A stretch of DNA of 37,826 nt from Bacteroidota bacterium (GTDB lineage: Bacteria > Bacteroidota > Bacteroidia > Cytophagales > MED-G16), in NCBI GenBank assembly GCA_036166035.1, contig JAYZHZ010000001.1:1-37826 (forward strand), read 5' to 3'. A program made the position numbers and the translations under genes. Shown here in pieces: positions 1-7,708 of the stretch; within the stretch, counting starts at the first letter, position 1, and the number at the start of each line of letters is the position of its first letter. The notes under the pieces are model-generated. The model was not told the DNA's origin and did no database searches. It saw only the letters and a list, made by a program, of their open reading frames with translations.

Positions 1-450
1 GTCTGAAAGGAAATTTTCTACGACCTCATTCATAACTAAATCTAAATCCATCTCAATATTGAATTTTCCCCTAAACTTCAAATCCCTTGTGAACGACTGA
101 ATGATTGAATAGAAAAAGGTATCTATAGTAGTAATTGAGAAATACGAATAATTATGTAAAATATTTGACTTAAGATTTTTTGCTCTTTTTATTATTTCTT
201 GTGGTGAAATTTTATAGTATTTCGAAAACTCTATTATAAGCTCCTTATCATCTCCCGATGATATTTTATCAATCATCTCTAACACTCTTAATTTCATCTC
301 CTCAGCAGCCTTATTTGTAAATGTTACTGCAAGAATTTTTTTAAAATGATTTTTACTTTTTAAAGCTAACCTGATATAATTTTTTGCTAGAGTAAATGTT
401 TTCCCTGATCCTGCTGAGGACTTATAAATTATGAATGGTTTCTTACTCAC
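1..450 (-). CDS. UvrD/AddA-like ATP-dependent helicase-nuclease, N-terminal 150 codons (partial; continues beyond window start)
   Basis: Not in the ORF track. The minus-strand frame from GTG at 450 reads VSKKPFIIYKSSAGSGKTFTLAKNYIRLAL...ILAVTFTNKAAEEMKLRVL, i.e. Walker A GSGKT and the motif Ia-like TFTNKAA of UvrD/REP superfamily-1 helicases. It is open to position 1. Confidence 0.75.
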   Translation of the reverse strand, partial: MSKKPFIIYKSSAGSGKTFTLAKNYIRLALKSKNHFKKILAVTFTNKAAEEMKLRVLEMIDKISSGDDKELIIEFSKYYKISPQEIIKRAKNLKSNILHNYSYFSITTIDTFFYSIIQSFTRDLKFRGKFNIEMDLDLVMNEVVENFLSD

Positions 451-548
451 AGACTAATTTTATGTATAAAAACATAATATATATAATTATGTAGATATTG
501 GAAATATTGTTAAAAAAATTATAATTAATAAAAAATGAGAAATAAAGT

Positions 549-782
549 TTATTTATAAAACTTTTTTAAATCACTTGTCATATTAGAAAATCTATTTTTA
601 ATTGACTTAATTATATCTGAATTAATCTTTCTTTCCAAGTCATCTAATTCACTAAATTCAAGTTTATCAAGCTTGAAAGTTTGCTCAAGTCGATTTTTTT
701 CAAACTTTATAACATACTTAAGGTCAAAATCAAAAATAGTGATTTTAATATCCTCTATAAATAGCGTTTTAATCAATCTCAT
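549..782 (-). CDS. hypothetical 77-aa protein (no recognisable motif)
   Basis: ATG-initiated ORF whose start overlaps the stop of the upstream gene by 14 nt, on the same strand as the whole nqr-linked gene string. No homology recognised. Confidence 0.35.
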   Translation of the reverse strand: MRLIKTLFIEDIKITIFDFDLKYVIKFEKNRLEQTFKLDKLEFSELDDLERKINSDIIKSIKNRFSNMTSDLKKFYK

Positions 783-1470
783 CTACACAAAGGGATCTTA
801 AATCCTTGAATTTAATTTTTAATTCTTTTAACTCTGATAAATATGCTGAAATATTTTTCCTGGACTCAATTAAATTTCCGAAAAACTCATCACTCTTATA
901 GTACGATTTATTGAATTTATACCTTAGTATAATTATTTGATTTTCATCAGAGGCATCCGTTTTCCAATTATGCTCTAAAAAAAACTTTTCAGATAATTTA
1001 TAATTGAACTCTAGAAAGAAATTGTCATATTCTTTAGTATGCACATCATGCCTTCTTAAATCTTCATTATAAAGTTTAAATAATCTATTTTTCAACGTTT
1101 CAGATCTAATCCTTTTTATTAAATCAGAGCTTATTAATTGATTAAAAATACCTTCTTGAGGGAAAAATGATTTCAAAGCTCTTCCTACAGAAGAGATATG
1201 ATACATGATTTCATCATTAGATAACTTATTTTCTCCATTTATATTATCATAAATCAGATCACTACTTTCCAGAGACATATTTTGGAGACTTATAAAATTA
1301 TCTATCTGAAGTATATCCTGATCAATTACTTTTATGAGTTGTTCAATAGAATTATTTTTTCTATCATTCTCAATTCTTTCTTGTCGAGACTGCTCAAAAT
1401 ATAGTGATATTAGTATACCTAAGAAAATAACAATAAATTCGAAAGAATATCTAACAATATATTTTTTCAT
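769..1470 (-). CDS. membrane-anchored hypothetical protein, DUF6090-like (flavobacterial family; assignment from memory)
   Basis: N-terminal single TM 'YSFEFIVIFLGILISLYFEQ' followed by a helical K/E/N-rich domain, the pattern typical of Bacteroidota DUF6090 proteins. The ATG at 1470 directly abuts the rhodanese stop (TAAATG). Confidence 0.55.
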   Translation of the reverse strand: MKKYIVRYSFEFIVIFLGILISLYFEQSRQERIENDRKNNSIEQLIKVIDQDILQIDNFISLQNMSLESSDLIYDNINGENKLSNDEIMYHISSVGRALKSFFPQEGIFNQLISSDLIKRIRSETLKNRLFKLYNEDLRRHDVHTKEYDNFFLEFNYKLSEKFFLEHNWKTDASDENQIIILRYKFNKSYYKSDEFFGNLIESRKNISAYLSELKELKIKFKDLRSLCVDEID

Positions 1471-1791
1471 TTAATATGCTTTTAAACTTGGGTCTATGTC
1501 TTCTCTCCACTTCATAATTCCTCCTTGAAGATTGTATACATTATCAAAAGAAAATTTTTTTTCTAAAAGATTGACGATTCCAGCACTCCTTACTCCAGTT
1601 CTACAATAAATTACAACTTTTTTTTTGTCAGATATTTTTTCAATATTTTGAGCAATGGAATACATATTAATTTTTTCACCACCAATACAACATATATCAT
1701 GTTCGAATTCATCTCTAATGTCAATAAGTTGTAAGTCTTCACACTGATTAGAAATCAATTCTTTTAAATCCTTAGGGGATATATTCTTCAT
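1471..1791 (-). CDS. single-domain rhodanese-like sulfurtransferase
   Basis: 106 aa. Active-site loop 'YCRTGVRS' (C-R-x-G-x-R-S/T) with the preceding 'LIDIRDEFEH' and following 'LQGG' signatures of GlpE/PspE-type rhodaneses. Confidence 0.85.
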   Translation of the reverse strand: MKNISPKDLKELISNQCEDLQLIDIRDEFEHDICCIGGEKINMYSIAQNIEKISDKKKVVIYCRTGVRSAGIVNLLEKKFSFDNVYNLQGGIMKWREDIDPSLKAY

Positions 1792-1793
1792 AA

Positions 1794-2351
1794 TTAAGCT
1801 TTTATTTTTCCTGATATACCACCAGAAACAATATATTTCATCACTTCAGATGAAGAATTTTTAAGAGGCTTTATATTTTTTTTGTCAGTAATAAAAACAT
1901 TTCCACTAAAGTTATAAGAGTGTGGTAAATAAACCGACACCATGCCAGGTAAACCAATATCTTTAAGATCATCACTAGTCACAAAACCTGGTTTATACAG
2001 ATTATTTTCAACTTTTACCAGAACCGGTTTATTGAACTTCTTTTTCTCACCCACAAAAGAATTCATAAGATCTTTTATTGATGAATATATCAGACTTAAA
2101 AGCGGAACTTTGTTAACTAAATCCTCAAACCAAATAAAAAGTCCAGTATTATATTTCCTTGTAAAAGAGCCAACAAAAGTTATAAGTAGGATTACAATAA
2201 CAAAACTCAAACCTGGAATATTTGTTGCTATAGGAATCAACCCATCTAGAAAGTTATAGAGATACCATACAACATACATTGCTGCTGCCATAGGGACAAG
2301 AAGAAGTAAGCCCCTCAAGAAATTATTTAAGAAATTCCTCATAATTAACAT
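1794..2351 (-). CDS. DUF502 family membrane protein
   Basis: 'LLLLVPMAAAMYVVWYLYNFLD', 'IPGLSFVIVILLITFVGSFTRKY', 'VPLLSLIYSSIKDL' and 'KPVLVKV...KPGFVT' match the DUF502 pattern. I prefer the ATG at 2351 over the TTG at 2354 used by the track. Confidence 0.75.
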   Translation of the reverse strand: MLIMRNFLNNFLRGLLLLVPMAAAMYVVWYLYNFLDGLIPIATNIPGLSFVIVILLITFVGSFTRKYNTGLFIWFEDLVNKVPLLSLIYSSIKDLMNSFVGEKKKFNKPVLVKVENNLYKPGFVTSDDLKDIGLPGMVSVYLPHSYNFSGNVFITDKKNIKPLKNSSSEVMKYIVSGGISGKIKA

Positions 2352-2364
2352 CAATTTAAGAAAT

Positions 2365-2979
2365 TTATAATGTCATTCCAATAAATGTCTTGAATGCGAG
2401 ACCCATAAGACCAGTTAATAACATAGTTATTCCCAATCCTTTCAATCCATCAGGAACATTTGAATATTTTAGTTTTTCTCTAATTGCAGCAAGAGCAACA
2501 ATTGCCAAATAAAATCCAAGTCCACTACCAAAACCAAAAGCGGATGCCTCAGATAAGGTAAAATCTCTTTGTACCATGAAAATCGAACCACCTAGTATAG
2601 AACAGTTTACAGCAATTAAAGGAAGAAAAATACCCAAAGATCCATATAAAGCAGGTGAAAACTTTTCAATAATCATCTCAACTAGTTGAACGAATGATGC
2701 AATAACTGCAATAAACATAAGAAGTTGAAGAAATGTGAGACTTATAAAAGTGAAACGATCTCCTATCCATGATAAAGCGCCTTCCTTCAGTATATTTTCT
2801 AGTATCCACCAATTTAATGGAACGGTAAATGTCAAAACGAAAATAACAGCTAAACCCAAACCATTAGCAGTACTTACCTTTTTTGAAACAGCAAGAAAAG
2901 AACACATTCCAAGAAAATATGCGAAAACCATATTATCCATAAAAGCACTCTTAATTACCAAATTAAATAAATCTCCCAT
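2365..2979 (-). CDS. nqrE: Na+-translocating NADH:quinone oxidoreductase subunit E
   Basis: Polytopic 204-aa protein with the 'FLGMCSFLAVS' and 'IAVNCSILGGS' Cys motifs, positioned after nqrD. Confidence 0.93.
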   Translation of the reverse strand: MGDLFNLVIKSAFMDNMVFAYFLGMCSFLAVSKKVSTANGLGLAVIFVLTFTVPLNWWILENILKEGALSWIGDRFTFISLTFLQLLMFIAVIASFVQLVEMIIEKFSPALYGSLGIFLPLIAVNCSILGGSIFMVQRDFTLSEASAFGFGSGLGFYLAIVALAAIREKLKYSNVPDGLKGLGITMLLTGLMGLAFKTFIGMTL

Positions 2980-2982
2980 AAC

Positions 2983-3648
2983 TTAATTTTCTACATATCC
3001 ATTCCTAGTTCTCTGAATCCAAATCACAAGTCCTAAAATTATAAATGCTCCAATAGAATCTACAAACAAACCATTAGTAGGAAATGAAGTCCAGCCTATC
3101 ATTTCAAAAACTTTGTATCCTAAAACAGATCCAGAACCAAGTAACTCTCTAAAAAAGGCGACTACTAATATAATCCAGGCATATCCAACACTACTTCCTA
3201 ATGCATCCAAAACACTGTCATATGGTTTATTTCCCATAGCATATGCTTCTAATCTTCCTAAGATTATGCAATTTGTGATAATTAATCCAACAAAGGCACC
3301 AAGTACTTTGTACATTTCATAATTGAACGCCATTAAAAATTCAGAGACTAAAGTAACAAGAGTAGCTATTATTGCAAGTTGAACAATTATTCTTACTCTT
3401 ACAGGAATATATTCTCTTATTAGGGATGTTATTAGACTGGAAAAAATCATAACAAAAACCACACTTAAACACATTATAATAGTTGGTTCAAGTTTAATTG
3501 TAATAGCTAGTGCAGAACATATACCGAGAACTTGGATAGTTATAGGATTATTATCGTCAAGAGGATCAACCAATATCTTTCTCCTTCTTTTTGAAAGAAG
3601 TGATTCACTAGGTTTGATTTTTATTTTTTCTTTAATTTCAGTGCTCAT
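2983..3648 (-). CDS. nqrD: Na+-translocating NADH:quinone oxidoreductase subunit D
   Basis: 'LVDPLDDNNPITIQVLGICSALAIT' and 'ITNCIILGRLEAYA' motifs. ATGA overlap with the nqrC stop. Confidence 0.93.
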   Translation of the reverse strand: MSTEIKEKIKIKPSESLLSKRRRKILVDPLDDNNPITIQVLGICSALAITIKLEPTIIMCLSVVFVMIFSSLITSLIREYIPVRVRIIVQLAIIATLVTLVSEFLMAFNYEMYKVLGAFVGLIITNCIILGRLEAYAMGNKPYDSVLDALGSSVGYAWIILVVAFFRELLGSGSVLGYKVFEMIGWTSFPTNGLFVDSIGAFIILGLVIWIQRTRNGYVEN

Positions 3649-4397
3649 TCGTTATATGATAATATTTTAAATTCTTTTTTATTTTTTTCAATAAATGGCT
3701 TATAACATTCAAAATAATGCATTAACATGCTATTTAAACCATTAGCTGTTATTGTTGCTCCTGACATTCCATCAACCTGATGAACAGTTAAGTTATTGTT
3801 TTTCTCAGCTTTAAGCATGTTTACAGATATAAGTCGGTTGTCATCATCAAAAATTTGTTTTCCCTTATATCTGTTCTGAATCTCATCCGAAGTAATTCTT
3901 GCACCAAGACCAGGAGTTTCTTGTTTATGATCAAAGGCAACACCAACAATTCTGTTTAGCTCATTATCAAGTGCAACAAATCCTGATATCCAATCCCATA
4001 ATCCATTTCCATGCATTGGAAAAATGAAATATTCTGTTTTTTCTCCAGTAGAGCTAAACATAAAAACAGGGTATTTTCTTTCAGAAGGTTTCATTTTAAA
4101 ATTTTTCATAATATTTATGTCTTCAGCTGTAAAATCTGATCCATCTGACTTTTTTGCTATTTCCCCATTAATATCAACAACTACTGAATTCATTTTATCA
4201 TTATAAGTACTTAATATTTCATCCGGATTTAGTGACGAAACATCCATCGCAGCACCTAAAATTTTCTTTTTTGTATCGATTTCAATCTGTTTCTTTTGTA
4301 TAGGGTCCAGTTTCATCCTTGTAAAAGATAATACCGAACCAAAAAAAATGGTCATTATTAATGTAAAGACAATGATATAAGCGTTAGACTGCTGCAC
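3645..4397 (-). CDS. nqrC: Na+-translocating NADH:quinone oxidoreductase subunit C (FMN-binding)
   Basis: N-terminal TM plus the covalent-FMN site 'VDGMSGATITANG'. GTG start at 4397 overlaps the nqrB end by 14 nt, and no later start preserves the TM helix. Confidence 0.9.
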   Translation of the reverse strand: MQQSNAYIIVFTLIMTIFFGSVLSFTRMKLDPIQKKQIEIDTKKKILGAAMDVSSLNPDEILSTYNDKMNSVVVDINGEIAKKSDGSDFTAEDINIMKNFKMKPSERKYPVFMFSSTGEKTEYFIFPMHGNGLWDWISGFVALDNELNRIVGVAFDHKQETPGLGARITSDEIQNRYKGKQIFDDDNRLISVNMLKAEKNNNLTVHQVDGMSGATITANGLNSMLMHYFECYKPFIEKNKKEFKILSYNE

Positions 4398-5598
4398 GTT
4401 TTAATCTTCTTTTTTTATTTGCATCAACTACATAAAAATCAATAAGAGGAGCAAAAACATTCATAAACAATATTGCAAGCATTATTCCCTCAGGATATGC
4501 TGGATTAAAAATACGAATTAATACTGTCAAAAGACCAATCATAAACCCATAAATCCATTTACCTGTTTCCGTCTGAGTAGCAGATACAGGGTCCGTTGCC
4601 ATAAAGACAGCGCCAAAAGCCAAACCTCCCATTACAAAATGATAATGAGGAGGAAGGTTCATAAATTCATTTAACCCTATCAAGTTAAAAATCCAACCCA
4701 TAAAATAAGCTCCCGCAAAAACACTAATGATAATTTTCCAACTTCCAACTCCGGTCAGAATTAAAATCAAAGCTCCAATAATGCACATTAATGTTGATGT
4801 TTCACCTATTGATCCGGGAATAGAGCCAATAAGCATATTTTTGAATGAATAAAATTCTGAATTGTTAACTTCTTTTGAATACTCATCCATTAAATGCACA
4901 ACTGATTTAGATTCTTCAATTCCTACAGTACTTGCACCTATTGCTAATGGAGTTGCTCCAGAGTAGCCACTTATAACAACTTCATCATTTTCACCATAAT
5001 AAGTCCATACATCCCCACTAATATCACTAGGAAAACCAAAATATAGAAAAACTCTTGCTGTAAGTGCGACATTCAAAATATTCATTCCTGTCCCTCCAAA
5101 TACTTCTTTAGCAATTAATATAGCAAATATCGTTGCCAGCGCAACTTGCCATAGGGGAATATGAGGAGGCATAACCAATGGAATTAACATTCCTGTGACC
5201 AAAAAACCTTCATTAATTGGATGTCTTCTAATAGTAGAAAAAATTACTTCTACAAAACCACCTGCAACATAGGATACCAAAACAATTGGAAGAACCTGTC
5301 TTGATCCAACAATAATTTTATCAATAAAAGTAGCTTCTTGACCTAATGCAAAAAAATGTTGATGCCCAACATTCCATATTCCAAAAAGAAGACATGGAAT
5401 CATTGCAATTACAACGGTCATCATTAGCCTCTTAAGGTCAATTGCATCTCTGATTTGGGATCCTTTTTTTTGTGTTACTTCATTTGGAACAAACATAAAT
5501 GTCTCACCCGCTTCAAATAAGTAGTAGAATTTTTCAAACTTACCACCTTTTTCGAATAATGGTTTTTGTTTATTAAGAATGTCTCTCAAAAATTTCAT
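4384..5598 (-). CDS. nqrB: Na+-translocating NADH:quinone oxidoreductase subunit B
   Basis: 404-aa polytopic protein with 'GYSGATPLA' (FMN attachment) and 'FMATDPVS'. Its ATG shares one base with the nqrA stop (TAATG). Confidence 0.93.
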   Translation of the reverse strand: MKFLRDILNKQKPLFEKGGKFEKFYYLFEAGETFMFVPNEVTQKKGSQIRDAIDLKRLMMTVVIAMIPCLLFGIWNVGHQHFFALGQEATFIDKIIVGSRQVLPIVLVSYVAGGFVEVIFSTIRRHPINEGFLVTGMLIPLVMPPHIPLWQVALATIFAILIAKEVFGGTGMNILNVALTARVFLYFGFPSDISGDVWTYYGENDEVVISGYSGATPLAIGASTVGIEESKSVVHLMDEYSKEVNNSEFYSFKNMLIGSIPGSIGETSTLMCIIGALILILTGVGSWKIIISVFAGAYFMGWIFNLIGLNEFMNLPPHYHFVMGGLAFGAVFMATDPVSATQTETGKWIYGFMIGLLTVLIRIFNPAYPEGIMLAILFMNVFAPLIDFYVVDANKKRRLKRAAV

Positions 5599-6953
5599 TA
5601 TCCTTCATTTAATAAGTTCAAACCTTTTCTAAGCAATTTTTGTAATTCGTTCTTTGAAACATCAACAAATTCACATAAAGCCACATCTTCCTCCACTAAT
5701 TCGTATATACCTAACTCTTCCATTTCATCATAGTCTTGGGCAAGAATTGACTTAAATAGATAGTTTAGAAGAATATCCATAGGAAGAACTTTTTCAAATA
5801 CACCGGTTTGAACAAATGCTCTAAGTTCACCATTAGTATTAGTATCCAATGAATATTCTTTATTGGGAGTTAAAAAAGAAAGTAATCCAAATGCCCTCTG
5901 AAAACTTAACTTGTTTGTGACTGGCATTATCCAACCTAAAAAACTATGTTTGTCACCTTCTGGTATAATAGAAATCATATTATCATAAAATCCCAGATAA
6001 CCTTCCTTTCCTACTGATTTTCCAGTCAAAACATTTCCTGAAATAATTCTAACATTTTCATTTTTCACACTGGAATTTATAAGATCAGATATTGAAAAAC
6101 CTGATATACAATCATAATATTTTGGAGTTTTAACTTCAGATCCTACTAAACATATAGTTTTTGAAGCATCGTAAATTCCATTTAAAAACAACTTACCTAT
6201 TTGAATTAAACCAAAAGGAGTTGTAGACCATACTACATCACCTTTATTAACTGGATCAATGTGATGGATCTGAACACCAACATTTCCAGCAGGATGTGGA
6301 CCATTAAATAAGTTATTTTCGTAACCATCAATTTTAAAAGAATCAATAGATTTTCTATTATGATTTAAATGAACTTTTCCATCAGTTAACTTATTAATAA
6401 TTTTTAAGCCTGTTTTAATATAATTAAGATCTTTTCTGTATAAATAATTAAAAGATGGAGCAAGAGGATGAGAATCAAAAAATGAAATGTGAATTGATTT
6501 TGGGTTTGCATCCGGATCAGCAACAAAACCAAATGGTCTTTGAATAATATTTGGCCACACACCTGAGGTCATCAAATAATTTATTACATCTACTCTTTTA
6601 AGATTATTAATATCCTTTTCAGAAAAAATTTTATGGTTAACATACTTTATATTTTTATCAGGTAAAATTCTTATCTCTTCAAGTTTTCGTTTCTCTCCTC
6701 TAACTATATCTATGATTTCACCACTTACAGGAGAGCAATACATAACATTTTCAGATAATTTATCAAATAAAATAGGGGTACCAGCTTTTACTTCATCTCC
6801 AACATTCCTAAGCAATTTTGGTCTAGTTATTCCTATGAAATCAGTAGGCTTAATGGCAAAAGAATTTTGTTTGATATGATCACCAGTTTCTTCGACAGCT
6901 CTCCCCTTTAATTTTATATCAAAACCCTTCCTGAGATTAAAATTTAGAGACAT
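5598..6953 (-). CDS. nqrA: Na+-translocating NADH:quinone oxidoreductase subunit A
   Basis: 'LRKGFDIKLKGRA...VGDEVKAGTPILFDK...SPVSGEIIDIVRGEKR' matches the NqrA N-terminus. I prefer the ATG at 6953 (MSLNFNLRKG) over the track's TTG at 6986, which would overlap the putative promoter. Confidence 0.9.
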   Translation of the reverse strand: MSLNFNLRKGFDIKLKGRAVEETGDHIKQNSFAIKPTDFIGITRPKLLRNVGDEVKAGTPILFDKLSENVMYCSPVSGEIIDIVRGEKRKLEEIRILPDKNIKYVNHKIFSEKDINNLKRVDVINYLMTSGVWPNIIQRPFGFVADPDANPKSIHISFFDSHPLAPSFNYLYRKDLNYIKTGLKIINKLTDGKVHLNHNRKSIDSFKIDGYENNLFNGPHPAGNVGVQIHHIDPVNKGDVVWSTTPFGLIQIGKLFLNGIYDASKTICLVGSEVKTPKYYDCISGFSISDLINSSVKNENVRIISGNVLTGKSVGKEGYLGFYDNMISIIPEGDKHSFLGWIMPVTNKLSFQRAFGLLSFLTPNKEYSLDTNTNGELRAFVQTGVFEKVLPMDILLNYLFKSILAQDYDEMEELGIYELVEEDVALCEFVDVSKNELQKLLRKGLNLLNEG

Positions 6954-6983
6954 TAAATATTGAAAAATAAGTTCTATTGGCGA

Positions 6984-6991
6984 CAAAATTA
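6984..6991 (-). promoter_or_regulatory. candidate Bacteroidota -7 promoter element (TAATTTTG) for the nqr operon
   Basis: Exact TAnnTTTG on the minus strand, 30 nt upstream of the nqrA ATG, in the 80-nt gap after cmk. Confidence 0.35.
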
Positions 6992-7033
6992 AACCTAAAA
7001 AATCTTTTATTAAGTTTTTTTAAGAAAAAATAA

Positions 7034-7708
7034 TTAAGAAAATTTTTGTTCCACCAAATTAATAATTTGGCTGGCCTGTTCATCAATTTCTAGGTCACTT
7101 GTATCAATAATTATTGCATCATCTGAAATAATTAAAGGACTATCTTTTCTAGACGAATCTTTAGTATCTCTTTCTTGTAAATTTTTAATAACATCAGCAA
7201 AAGTAGTATCAGGATTTTTATTTTTAATTTCTTCAAATCTTCTTTTTGCTCGCACATTAATTTCAGCAGTCATGAAAATTTTAATTTCTGCATCAGGAAA
7301 AACAACAGTAGTAATGTCCCTACCTTCAACAACTATTTTCTTCTCAGAACCCATGATCTTTTGTCTTTCTACCAAAAACTTTCTGATATCAGAAATTTTA
7401 CTGAATCCACTAACAAGGCAAGATATTTCTTCACCTCTAATGAGATCTTCAACATTTTCATTATTTAAAAATGTAAACTGATTACCATCAACATATTTAA
7501 ATTCTATTGAAATATTTTCAAGCTCATCTTTTATTTTATCAATTTCTTCAGGACTTATATTCATTCTAGAAAAATATAAAGTAACTGCCCTATACATTGC
7601 ACCTGAATCTAAATATTTATAATTAAAATGTTTAGCAACCATTTTTGATGTTGTGCTCTTACCACAACCAGAATGTCCATCAATTGCTATTATAATATCA
7701 CTAATCAT
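7034..7708 (-). CDS. cmk: cytidylate kinase
   Basis: 'IIIAIDGHSGCGKSTTSKMVA...YLDSGAMYRAVT...VVEGRDITTVVFPDA'. The ATG at 7708 (MISDIII) is preferred over the TTG at 7750 and gives an 8-nt overlap with the upstream gene. Confidence 0.9.
   Translation of the reverse strand: MISDIIIAIDGHSGCGKSTTSKMVAKHFNYKYLDSGAMYRAVTLYFSRMNISPEEIDKIKDELENISIEFKYVDGNQFTFLNNENVEDLIRGEEISCLVSGFSKISDIRKFLVERQKIMGSEKKIVVEGRDITTVVFPDAEIKIFMTAEINVRAKRRFEEIKNKNPDTTFADVIKNLQERDTKDSSRKDSPLIISDDAIIIDTSDLEIDEQASQIINLVEQKFS

Noticed and set aside
459-476. The hairpin TTATGT-ATAAAA-ACATAA between the 77-aa ORF and the helicase gene as a terminator.
   Set aside because: It is a 6-bp all-A/T stem with no following T-run on the relevant strand, and is not distinguishable from background in this composition.
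2352-2364. A possible degraded nqrF remnant between nqrE and the next gene.
   Set aside because: The gap is only 13 nt, and the following ORF is a clean DUF502 protein. There is no space for a pseudogene.
1942-4206. Plus-strand ORFs from the track (1942..2259, 2735..2986, 3113..3322, 4024..4206).
   Set aside because: They lie antisense inside the DUF502, nqrE, nqrD and nqrC genes, which have strong family motifs. Their translations are low-complexity shadow frames typical of AT-rich DNA.
6954-6986. The longer N-termini used by the ORF track for nqrA (TTG 6986), cmk (TTG 7750), the MORN protein (9251), fabH (TTG 10201), DUF502 (TTG 2354) and tsaD (TTG 32032).
   Set aside because: In each case a nearby in-frame ATG gives the family-typical N-terminus or a proper signal peptide. 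It also removes long overlaps with the upstream gene or with promoter motifs.
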